DNA of 63,425 nucleotides, the filler included. It is 13 parts of 13 records of this genome, joined end to end, with 100 filler letters (N's around TTAATTAATTAA, not from the genome) between each part and the next. Parts side by side here need not be neighbours in the genome. Positions count along the whole stretch, not along the records: positions 7,743 to 13,579 come from SRR15195285_2452; positions 13,680 to 17,994 come from SRR15195285_2455; positions 18,095 to 21,135 come from SRR15195285_2457; positions 21,236 to 27,334 come from SRR15195285_2460; 9 more parts are not named here. One strand, 5' to 3'. Below are positions 11,339 through 21,236 of this stretch, in pieces. The notes under the pieces were generated by a model. That model had not been told where the DNA came from, searched no databases, and saw only the letters and a program-made list of their open reading frames with translations. Numbering within the stretch: the first letter of the stretch is position 1; each line of letters opens with the position of its first letter. A program made the position numbers and the translations under genes.

Positions 11339-11722
11339 AGGGATCCGCTTGCTTGGAATGGTTAAGTTTAATGAAAATACATAACTTTAAGTATGACACA
11401 AACTTAGTGTTCAAGGACCTCCGGAAGATGCGCTAGCATCAACCCCCCAGCTAAGGTTAACCATGCGGTAGCCGTCACGTTGGAAACCCACAAACGAGCC
11501 GTACACTGTTTGTACTACTACAGCCGTAGGAATATTCGTGGGCGAGGTGAATGGTGAGAGCGAACCGTTGCTCTGAATCTCGCACTTCTGCAAGAGAGCA
11601 CAGTACTGACGTGTTCTGTCCGAGGAATAAAGCCATTCATTTATGGTACCATCATCATAATCTGGATCGCTAGGCCCTGTGCAGTAAGCAAAAGCACATG
11701 AGGCCGGGCAAAAGGTGTGACA

Positions 11723-12805
11723 TCACAGCACCTTGCAATCACCAGAGCTGCCGTCCGGGTCCCCAGCCACCGGAGGCTTTGTAGCTGCATCTAGCTGCTG
11801 CATCTCGGCGTCCGTGAGCTCCCAATCAAATCTACTCGACGCAACGTTGGCGTGTGTAAGATAGTATAGCGTGCACGAAACAACAAAGAGACGTGCGGAC
11901 GGCCACTCTCGCTCTTACAGATCCATATTCTCGAGCATGTATTCTTTCTGGTGCGTCTTGGGAATCACCGGGATGCCACGCTGGACCTGCCACTTCAAGC
12001 TCACTTGCGCTCCGGACTTGCCGTGCGCCTTGCCGATACCGGTCACCAGCGGGCCGTCGATCAGCTCTGTGGTGCCACACGGCCCACAGAGAGGAGAGAA
12101 AGACTGATACGTGATTCCCTTGTAGGACGGCTGATCGCTCGGCTTGGACGGCACCGGCATGTCAGTCATGTTGACGCCGGAGGTTGTGGGAGCACCCATG
12201 CCGACGTGATACTGCACTTGGTTGACAGCCGGCACGACTGTCGCGATCTCGAGCACATCCGCGATGTGAGCCTCGCAGTAGTGGCTGATCCCGATCGCAC
12301 GCGTCTTACCAGCCTTGTAGAAGTCTTCCAGTGCCTTCCAGCCTGCCTGACGCAGAGCCTTCCCACCTTTGCCTCCCCAGGTCGCGGGGAAGTGGACCAG
12401 CATCATGTCTGTGTACGCGATGCCGAGCTGGTCGAGCGACTGCTCGAGAGTCTTGGTCGCGGAGGCATAATCCAGCCCGCCGGGGATCTTGGACGTCACG
12501 AAGTACGAATCGCGTGGGCGCGACGACGCCTTTAGCGCCTTCGCGATGCCAAGCTGGTTGTTGTAGCCGATGGCAGTGTCGATGTGCGTGTACCCGAGCG
12601 AAAGCGCCAGCGTCACCGCAGCCTCCGCGACAGTGTCGTTGTACTGCCAGGTCCCGATCCCCGTCATCGGGAGCTCCACCGCCTCACCTTTCGCGTCCTT
12701 CCCGATGGTGATAGTGGGGATGTTCGCCGAACCCTTGCTGCTCTCTGGTACCGCAGCAGCAGCGCCTGCCAGCGCGCACAACGCTGTCGCACGCAGCGCC
12801 ATCAT
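11723..12805 (-). CDS. Aldo-keto reductase with signal peptide (2 exons)
   Basis: AKR motifs GIGTWQ, HIDTAIGYNN, FVTSKI, LVHFP, RAIGISHY, VNQVQYH, IPKT. Intron 11832-11918; ends FDWELTDAEM...SGDCKVL*. Confidence 0.93.
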
Positions 12806-12893
12806 GCTCTCCAGCAGCAGAGCGAGCGACGGACGGCGGTGATGGCGGCGCGCGGCGCCGGCGGGCAGCGCGCGCGGACGAAGCCAGCTGTCT

Positions 12894-13579
12894 ATGAGTG
12901 CTACTATTCATAGAGTGACTTCCTGGCCGCAGATGCCTGCCACACACCTTGAGGCGCAGGCGACACAGCATGTGAACAGGCTCACACTATGGCTGCGCAC
13001 GCGGCCGAACCTATACGACTCCTCAGCTGCTGGCGGTGCCAGCAATCTGTTCGTACCACTGGTACACCATGCCTTACTAGTACGCCGTGCAGGTGTCTCG
13101 CTGCCGTTTTTTGTAATCCCTGACAGGCAGCGCGACCACTACGCGTGGAATCGTGTGGCGCAGGTGACTCTCCGTCACCAGTGGGGAGGAGCGATTGTAG
13201 AAGCAGCATGGGAGCGTTTGTGCGCGGAGTGTGGACGTCTGGATGAATGGAGGGCAACATTGCAGCGCTCAGTGGATGCAGTGTGGCACTACGTTCAGTG
13301 GCACACGATGGCAGTCTTGGAGGACCACCTCAGTGGCAGGGTGGAATGGCCATCGGTACAGGACAGCAGCAATAGTGCAATTGCTACGACATCCACAACG
13401 GTGCCAGGGGAAGACGGTGGCTACCTTAATCAGCGGATACAGGAGTCCTTACTAGCAGGCAACCCAACTGTACCGGGCGCCGATGCGCGACAGCACGCAG
13501 TATACCTGGCCGCGCAGCTTGTCACACACCACTGTGGTCCTGTGGTGGCAGTACACGCACCACCACTATCAGCATCGCA
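12894..13579 (+). CDS. Hypothetical protein, 3' truncated by contig end
   Basis: Open frame from an ATG to the spacer, divergent from the AKR; no motif recognised. Confidence 0.45.
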
Positions 13580-13697
13580 NNNNNNNNNNNNNNNNNNNNN
13601 NNNNNNNNNNNNNNNNNNNNNNNTTAATTAATTAANNNNNNNNNNNNNNNNNNNNNNNNNNNNNNNNNNNNNNNNNNNNTCTCAGCTTCCGATACAG

Positions 13698-16117
13698 GTG
13701 ATGTCTTCTTCCAGCGTACCGGAGCTGATGGCGGCATTGCACTCACTCTTGGGATCACCGCCCGATCCAGCGAAATGCGACGCCCTCTTGTTTCAGACAA
13801 AGCCGCTGCAACAGAAGTCCTGCTCCGTCGCAGAGTGTGGGCTGTCAAATGGTTCGGTCCTCTTCCTGGTCGGTGACGCCCGTGCAAAAGATTCTGCACT
13901 TGGGATGCCCCCGGCTGCTCCAGCGCCCAGCGTTCACCAATGGAAACAATTCCGCCATGTGAAGCAAAAATCTCGGAACAAGCACTTGCTTGATGTCGAT
14001 ACCGCGTTGCTGTCCTCCCGGTGGCTGCGCATCAGGGCACCGTCTGGCGCAGAAGCATTTGACGCTGAGATCACAGTGCGCTCACTCAAGGGCAGACAAT
14101 GGCGCTTGGGTGTCTTCAAAGAGCCACCAGGTGGTGGTGCTGGAGAACTCATCGGCGAGTACACGGGCGAGGGTTCTGGTCAGCCTGAGCCACACTACGG
14201 CTCTACTTCGCAAGCACGGGAAGCCATCCGCTTGCAACTCTGTGCTGTGGAGCCACGAAGTGATGACAAGTTGGAGGTTTGCTACAAAGTTCTTGCCAGA
14301 GATCCGTCGCACCCAGCCACCCAGCCAGTAGCAGCGAGCACGGGCACCAATAGTCCATCACAGCAAGCACAGGCACAGATTGAATGGCTGCAGCGACAGG
14401 TGCAACAAAAAATGCAGACGGTTGAGTATCTGCGCCGCGAAGGCATTCCAGCGGTCGAGGTGGAGTCGGAGCTTACTGCAGTGCAGGCACAGCTCACCGC
14501 CCTGCAAGCTGCTGCCCAGAGTCAAGGGGCGATTAGCGACTATCCAGCTGCATCCTTTGTTTATTTGGAGGAACTGCGAGACCAGTTGGCTGCCCCGAAC
14601 AAATTTCCGACTGCATGGGCAGATATTCCACCAGCACAAGGAATTTTTGCACCGTTCACCACCGAACTGGCGATCGCGATGTCTGTGAAACGCCGCTTCA
14701 AATCCAAGGCGAAGCCATTCTGGGTGCAGTTCAGGGTCGCGAGCGGAGCCATCGTGGACTGCGTTATGAAGAGCGGTGACGACTTGCGCCAGGTATTCCA
14801 CTGTAGTCAAGATACGTTCTGCTTTCTTTTCTGCTCACCTGCGCTCCTCTCCCTTGTCTCAATGTCTCCGCAGGATCAGGTAGTATTGGGAATGCTCGAT
14901 TGCTTCAATAGAATTTGGGCCCGCGAGGGGGTGACGCACCAGCTCAATGGTGGTGGGCAGACACCTGTTCGGGCTCCACTCTACCGTTGTGTGGCCTGTG
15001 GCACAGATCGTGGCTTTGTAGAGATGCTTGGTGGAGCGAAGCCGGTCGAAGATCTGGTCGAGAAGAAATCAAGAGGCGAGAACGGCTGGAAGTCAGGTGA
15101 CGAGATTATACCCACCGCAGTTGCTGGCTTCATATCGATTTGGGCGCTTGACCTGCGCGATCGTCACAAAGGCAACGTGCGTGCACATCTAGCGCAGTGG
15201 AATGCAATACTATGTAGCATCAAACATTAGGGCTAGCGCTGTTGTGACTGACATAGGTTACTGACTCAGTGCTAACGTGCGATGTGCAGATGGTTGTGCT
15301 GGAGACCGATCGTGGTCAGCAGTTTGCCAACGTGCGTGCACATCTAGCACAGTGGAATCCAATACTGTGTAGCATCAAATACGATGGCTAGCAATGTTGT
15401 GACCGACTAAATTTCTGACTCAGTGCTAACATGTGTTGTGTAGATTGATTTTGGATGGGTGCGACCTTTTGCTAGCTCGCTTGCAGAACGTGCATGTACT
15501 AGCAGTCCCCACCGCATTGGTCCTGGGTTTCGTCTTGTCGTGCCCTCTGTTTGCATATGCACCTTGTCCTGATTCCCACACTCGTTTACAAAAGGGCGCG
15601 CAATCGCATTGTGTCACAGGTGGAGGAGGGACCGCCTGTCGATACAGGGAGATTTCCGATCCCTGCTGGCTTCCGCTACTTGCTGGACGCGACGTCCCAA
15701 AAGGGCGAATTTTTCGATCTCTGCTGGGATGCAAACCGAGTGTTGTATCGCCACCGCGAAGAGCTGAAGGAGCAATGGTGTTCACTGCTGGTGGAACGTG
15801 GATTGAACGACAAGGTGCTCTTCGATGAAGTTCCTGGTAAGTTGTCACGATCGGTGCCTGTTCTTCCATTTATGAGTTGCAGATTGCTGGATCGTTTTGT
15901 GCTGGTGTGATCTCTGACACACGGTTTCTTGGTGCGGGCCGCCTCGCTGTTCATCCGCGCGCGATGTGTGTCTTCCATGCTGTTGGTTATAGTACGAGTG
16001 CAAGAAAGATTGAATATACCTCATGAAGTTTTGGATAAGGAGCTTGCTGGGACAGTAAAAGGGGCATGGGCCACCTGGTGCAAAGATACCATGCACAAGG
16101 CCGGCGGCTACCTATAG
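13698..16117 (+). CDS. Ubiquitin-like domain + PI3K/PI4K-family kinase domain protein (5' truncated, multi-exon)
   Basis: UBL-like LLFQTKPL..SVAECGLSNGSVLFLV. Kinase motifs FKSKAKP, MKSGDDLRQ|DQ, YRCVACG..GFVEM, LRDRHKGN|, |IDFGW|. Includes 42-nt and 15-nt micro-exons; stop TAG at 16115-16117. Confidence 0.85.
15177..15443 (+). repeat. Two near-identical adjacent introns (15177-15289, 15332-15443), introner-like
   Basis: 113 and 112 nt, about 95/113 identical by manual alignment, both GT...CTAAC...AG, flanking the 42-nt exon MVVLETDRGQQFAN. Confidence 0.9.
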
Positions 16118-17900
16118 GTGTGTTCAACAGCCGACTGTGCTTTGTCGAATACTGTTGGCCCCCAACGGCTCTCACGCTCGCCGCCATGGGTTTGTTCAAC
16201 AGCTGACTGTGCTTTGTCGAGCACTGTTGGTCCCCAACGGCTCTCACGTTTGTCGTTGAGCGGGTGTGGTGCAGCTGCTGTGGACCCCCACATTCCAGCT
16301 GCAACTTGCTCGCACGGCAAGAGACGCGAGTATTCGGTCGGTGAGACCGCTACCAGACCATGAGTCATAGCTTTGACCGCAAATACCTTGTCAAGAGTCA
16401 ACAGCACCACAGGGCCTCTGCCTCTGTGCTGACGATGTGAGAAATACACTGCACACGCGAGTATGTGATCGTCATTCACAGCCCCCCGTTGCCGCGTGAT
16501 ATACTCTTCTTGCTGGTCTGGCCTGCATGACAACATAGCAGAGAACCCAGCACAGTCATGCGGAGACACATCGAATCAAGGATATTTATTAGCATGGTGG
16601 GTTGGTGAGCGATGGCTTACCGTTGGCCGATCATCCACGGTACTCTAGCTGCAAACGCATCGTGAATGAAGCTGACCGCGCGCCTCGCGCGGCGGGCCAA
16701 ATTTTCATCGACGTTCTTCTTCAGGCCGTCAAGCTCTTGGAGCACCACCATCGGGAGGACAAGATTGAGTCCCACCGGAGGATGCCTATTATCGCCATTG
16801 GAGCTGCAAGCCAAGGTGCCGCTACATCTCCTACCCACCAAGCGTGTGAGCGCAGTAAGTTCACGCTCATCCAACAAGACACAGGTATCGAGCACTGCCA
16901 GATCGGGCTCCGGCTCCGGCTGTTTCTCTCTGTCGGCGTCGGGCTGCGACTCCCGCTCAACTTCCGGCTCGGCACAAGCCGAGGCTTTCGTATCCTGTTG
17001 CGAGCAGTCTGTACGCACAATTGCGGTCAGCTTGGTCGAGCCGATCTGAACAACATCTCCGGTAGCCAGGGCAACCGGTTGGCTCCACTTGCGGCTGGCG
17101 CTCAGGCGCCGACCGTTGAGAAGCGTGCCTCCTTTACTGCCAGCATCCGTCAGCCACAGTGAGCCGTCCGCACTCACGCCTAGCTGGGCATGCGTTGAGC
17201 TCACTTCACGGTCTTTCAGAACGATGAAGTGGGCCGTGGACATGGCAGAGTTGGGCTGTGCCTTACGCCCGATCGCGACGAAGCCAGCGCCATTCACTAG
17301 TGCTGCACTCGGCACGCGGAGCTGGGTGCCCGGATCTAGCGACGCGACGTCAGTCTGCACGACTTGAAGGCACGGGCCGACTCCAGCGGCGTCCCACCCA
17401 CCAGCCGCGGGATGCTTGAAGTCCGACCAACTACAGATGGCTGGCTTATTGGTCGCTGCGCCGTGGACCACCGCAGCGGTATGCGTGTGCTTCTTCTGCC
17501 CACTGGATGTCTTGGCACCGACCTTAAATGAGACTTTTGAGCCGAAAAGCCCGGCGCCTTTCTTTGAGTCCAGCTCAGCCGCTTGAAAGTCAGACCAGGC
17601 CTTCGCGCTCGACTCTGCCTGCCACGTCAGCTCCTGCTTCTGCTGCCATGTGTTGCCCGCCTTCTGCTGCCAAGCGTTGTTCTTCTTCTGCTCGCGCCGC
17701 TGCTCTCCCGCCGCCGGTACAAACCCAGCCTGGCTCACAGCTGCCGCGGGCACCTCCCTCGACCCGAGCCGGATGCTCGCGATCGAGTCCGCCAAATCTT
17801 CCAGCTCGAGCTCCGGGTCCTCTGCCTCTGCCTCTGCCGCTGCCGCTGCCTCCGCCGCCGCTTCCACCGCTGCTGCGCTCCCATCACGGGCCCTCATCAT
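16108..17900 (-). CDS. FHA + PIN (Swt1-like) ribonuclease domain protein (2 exons)
   Basis: FHA: IGR...VSSTHAQL...LTDAGSKGGTLLNG...GDVVQIG. PIN: VLDTCVLL, LPMVVLQELDGLK, NDDHILACA, LLTLDK. Intron 16523-16620. Confidence 0.88.
16121..16248. repeat. 72-bp tandem duplication in the FHA-PIN C-terminus
   Basis: TGTTCAACAGcCGACTGTGCTTTGTCGA...CCCCAACGGCTCTCACG starts at 16121 and 16193; encodes RESRWGPTVxDKAQSAVE twice. Confidence 0.9.
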
Positions 17901-18267
17901 GGTATGATATATCGCGCAAGCCCTGCCTGCCTGCCTGCGCACCGCACCGCTCTCAACACGGGACTCACAGAATGGTAGTATTTTCCAATACAGANNNNNN
18001 NNNNNNNNNNNNNNNNNNNNNNNNNNNNNNNNNNNNNNTTAATTAATTAANNNNNNNNNNNNNNNNNNNNNNNNNNNNNNNNNNNNNNNNNNNNGACCCG
18101 GGAATCGCCTTGTGGTGGCCCGAGCTCGAGCGAGCGCGCGCGCGTCTTCCGCGTCCACCGCCGCGAGTACATACGCAGTACCATGTACGTATTGAGGGAA
18201 GGCAGCTAGTCGCCTTCGGTGAGGGCTCTGGACATCCACCGTCACTGCCAACCTTGGGTGCACCCAT

Positions 18268-20901
18268 ATGGGTCGCGTGATGGAACGGGTCGCGCACTGC
18301 CACGGCTGCACGCAGTTGGTCGCGGCCCGCGGTGGCGCCGTCGTGACCCTTTCCTTGCTTTCCGTTGCACTCCTGACGCTGGGCATGCTGCTGCTCAGTG
18401 GGCAGCAGCTACTGCTCGGAGCCATACCGATCGACAATGACTTCATGACAAATTTTGCGCTGCACGACTCGCATCAGTATGAGTCGTGGAAGCAATGGGA
18501 AGAACACTTTCCCGCTCCACGCTCAGTCGAGCTGCTGCTGGAAGCAGACGACATCCTGCAACCGGCCGTGATGGCTGCAGCTAGGCAACTCGAGAGCGAC
18601 GTAGAGGACTTGGTTGTCACGTTCCAGGGACGGAACTACGGTTGGGCAGATGTGTGCCACCGTGCGTGCTCAGACGGACCGTGCACGAGTACGTCGCTAT
18701 TTGCAGGGACAGGCCCGTGGGCAGATGCTACTATGACACTACCGACTACACGCAGCGACATCGTCGACACTCTGACTGTAGTAGGCAGCACCGCTGCTGG
18801 AGCTGGGCTGCTGCGGCTGACCGTTGGGCTCGCTGCTGGGCCGTGGACTAGTGCAACGAGCTACTCGTCCGTGTTTTATCTCACTGAGCATTGGTCGGTC
18901 GGTGACGAGACCTCCAATCCAGGCATCGAGTGGGAGCTAGCATTCATCGAGCGCATGGCCAGGTACAACCACCCACCGGAGCTGACTGCCGTGCACTACC
19001 GAGCATCCCGTTCTTTCTCGGACGAGATTCTGGATGTGGTGCAGGGAGACTTGCTGCTGTTCTTGCCTACAGCGGTCATCATGGTAATGTACAGTACTGT
19101 TGTGCTCCGGAAAAACTCGCCAATACAGGATACCACGCAAACGCTGTTGGCTGCATCCTCATTACTTTCGCCAATGATGGCGACGCCAGCCAGTTGGGGT
19201 ATCATGGGTTATCTTCACCTCAACATCAACGTTCTTTGCATTATGGCACCTTTCATTGCGTTGGCGGTTGGAATTGACAACTCTTTTGTGATGATCAGTT
19301 TTGTTCAGCGCCTGGAATTGACCGATGCACAGGATGTGCCAAAAGCGGTGCGAGAGGCAATGACAGAGGCAGGACCAGCCATCTTCCTTACAATGATCAC
19401 GGATGTGATCGCCTTCTTGGTCGCCACGCTGACGAATGTCGGCATGCTCAAGGGTTTTGTGAACTTTTGCTTGCTAATGTCACTTGCTCTCGGGCTGAAC
19501 TACATGCTGCAGGTGACCATGTTCACTGCACTCATCTCACTCGACTTGCAGCGCAAGCTCGCCAAAAACAGTAGAGACAAGCCAACAGAGGAACTTGTGA
19601 GTGACGACAATGCTCAGCAGTCCCACTCAATCGCAGCCTCATCCAATATCAACTCTGGTGAACGTGAACTGGGTGGCCTACGCAAGTTTTTCGGAGGGCG
19701 ATATGCTCACTGGCTGAGTCGACCTGTCGTTTCGCTCACGGTAGTGCTCAGCGCCATTTGTGTCCTGGCTATAAGTCTCTACTGCGCTACTCTGGCTGAC
19801 GTTGGCATGCCTGACAATTACTTCCTGCTTGATGATGCTGATCTGGCAAAGTGGAATGATGCTAACGATCGATTATTTGGGGGTGGGCTGGCTCCAGTCT
19901 CCGTGCTTGCAGATATTGACTACAGGTTGCAGTCTCATGTCAGTGCCACGGAAGGTGTCGTATCGAAGCTTGTCGCGCGGCAAGACGTCGTGATAGCAGA
20001 TTCTTGGCTGGCTGCTTATCAGCAATGGCGAAACCAACTGGCAAGTGCAGGTGTGCCAGCGACAGACGAACTCACGTCATTAGGAGAGTTCCTTGAGGTC
20101 TTTCCAGATTACCGACAGGATGTGATGGACCAAAGTACTGCTGTCTCTCCACCTGTTTTTGTGTCAGACGTGAGCTTGTCGCGGCTCGTTGTTTTTCAAC
20201 TGCAGCTGCCACCGTCGTCCGAAGTAGATTTGAGGCTAAGTCAGTACAACTCCATTATGAAGGAGTTTAGTGACCTTCCATTCGACACAACCGTTGCGAG
20301 TCCGGTGTTTGCCTTGCATATTGGTCGCATCGAGCGCATGCGAGGACTAATATTCTCAACAGTTGGGTTTACAATCGCAGCTGTATTTGGAGCGCTGCTC
20401 ATGTTCATTCCGCCATCCGCCGCCGCCATATGTGCTCTGAATATCTGCTTCGTCGTTGGCGATGTGCTTGGCAGTGTTTACTATCTTGGAGCAAGCTTTA
20501 ATGCTATTACGTTTACGACGTGTGTGATGGCGGTAGGATTTTGTGTGGACTATTCGGTCCACGTCATCCACTTCTACAGCCATGCCAACGCAGCTACCTC
20601 ACAGGGGCGCGTCACAACTGCATTGTTCTTGTGCGGACCGGATGTACTACACGGGGCGGCGACAACGTTTCTCGGCACCGGGTTGCTGCTAGTGGGAAAT
20701 TCGTATGCTTTTCGGGTCTTTGCACGAATGACGGTCGCGGTGGTTTTGATCGGTGCTGTGCACGGTCTGCTCGTCTTGCCTGCGTTCCTGGCGCTAGTCG
20801 GCGACCACCTCGAGTGCTGTCATCGTGGTACCCGTGTTGAGCCGACACAAGATATTGCCAGAGGTCCAAGAGGCACACATACTACAGAAGATAAGCCGTA
20901 G
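18268..20901 (+). CDS. Patched/NPC1-family sterol-sensing RND membrane protein
   Basis: 877-aa intronless ORF with a 1+5/1+5 TM pattern. SSD motifs PFIALAVGIDNSF and GPAIFLTMITDVIAF; second-half GFCVDYSVH and HGLLVLPAFL. Confidence 0.92.
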   Translation: MGRVMERVAHCHGCTQLVAARGGAVVTLSLLSVALLTLGMLLLSGQQLLLGAIPIDNDFMTNFALHDSHQYESWKQWEEHFPAPRSVELLLEADDILQPAVMAAARQLESDVEDLVVTFQGRNYGWADVCHRACSDGPCTSTSLFAGTGPWADATMTLPTTRSDIVDTLTVVGSTAAGAGLLRLTVGLAAGPWTSATSYSSVFYLTEHWSVGDETSNPGIEWELAFIERMARYNHPPELTAVHYRASRSFSDEILDVVQGDLLLFLPTAVIMVMYSTVVLRKNSPIQDTTQTLLAASSLLSPMMATPASWGIMGYLHLNINVLCIMAPFIALAVGIDNSFVMISFVQRLELTDAQDVPKAVREAMTEAGPAIFLTMITDVIAFLVATLTNVGMLKGFVNFCLLMSLALGLNYMLQVTMFTALISLDLQRKLAKNSRDKPTEELVSDDNAQQSHSIAASSNINSGERELGGLRKFFGGRYAHWLSRPVVSLTVVLSAICVLAISLYCATLADVGMPDNYFLLDDADLAKWNDANDRLFGGGLAPVSVLADIDYRLQSHVSATEGVVSKLVARQDVVIADSWLAAYQQWRNQLASAGVPATDELTSLGEFLEVFPDYRQDVMDQSTAVSPPVFVSDVSLSRLVVFQLQLPPSSEVDLRLSQYNSIMKEFSDLPFDTTVASPVFALHIGRIERMRGLIFSTVGFTIAAVFGALLMFIPPSAAAICALNICFVVGDVLGSVYYLGASFNAITFTTCVMAVGFCVDYSVHVIHFYSHANAATSQGRVTTALFLCGPDVLHGAATTFLGTGLLLVGNSYAFRVFARMTVAVVLIGAVHGLLVLPAFLALVGDHLECCHRGTRVEPTQDIARGPRGTHTTEDKP

Positions 20902-21236
20902 GTGTCGTTGTAATCAATCGATCGAATCAATTTGCGGTCACTCACGTCGAAGCCCATTAGCAGGCTGCGCGCTCGCGTAGCTCAGTTTCCTATAGTCATC
21001 ACAGCCGCATTGATGTTCTACACAAACACCATCAACACTTCCCACCGTACACAATAGAGGGGTTTTGGACACAATAGGGATGGTTTCTACTGCACCCGGC
21101 CAAAATAGGGACGTTTTCACCGATCTCGCAAAAGTNNNNNNNNNNNNNNNNNNNNNNNNNNNNNNNNNNNNNNNNNNNNTTAATTAATTAANNNNNNNNN
21201 NNNNNNNNNNNNNNNNNNNNNNNNNNNNNNNNNNNG

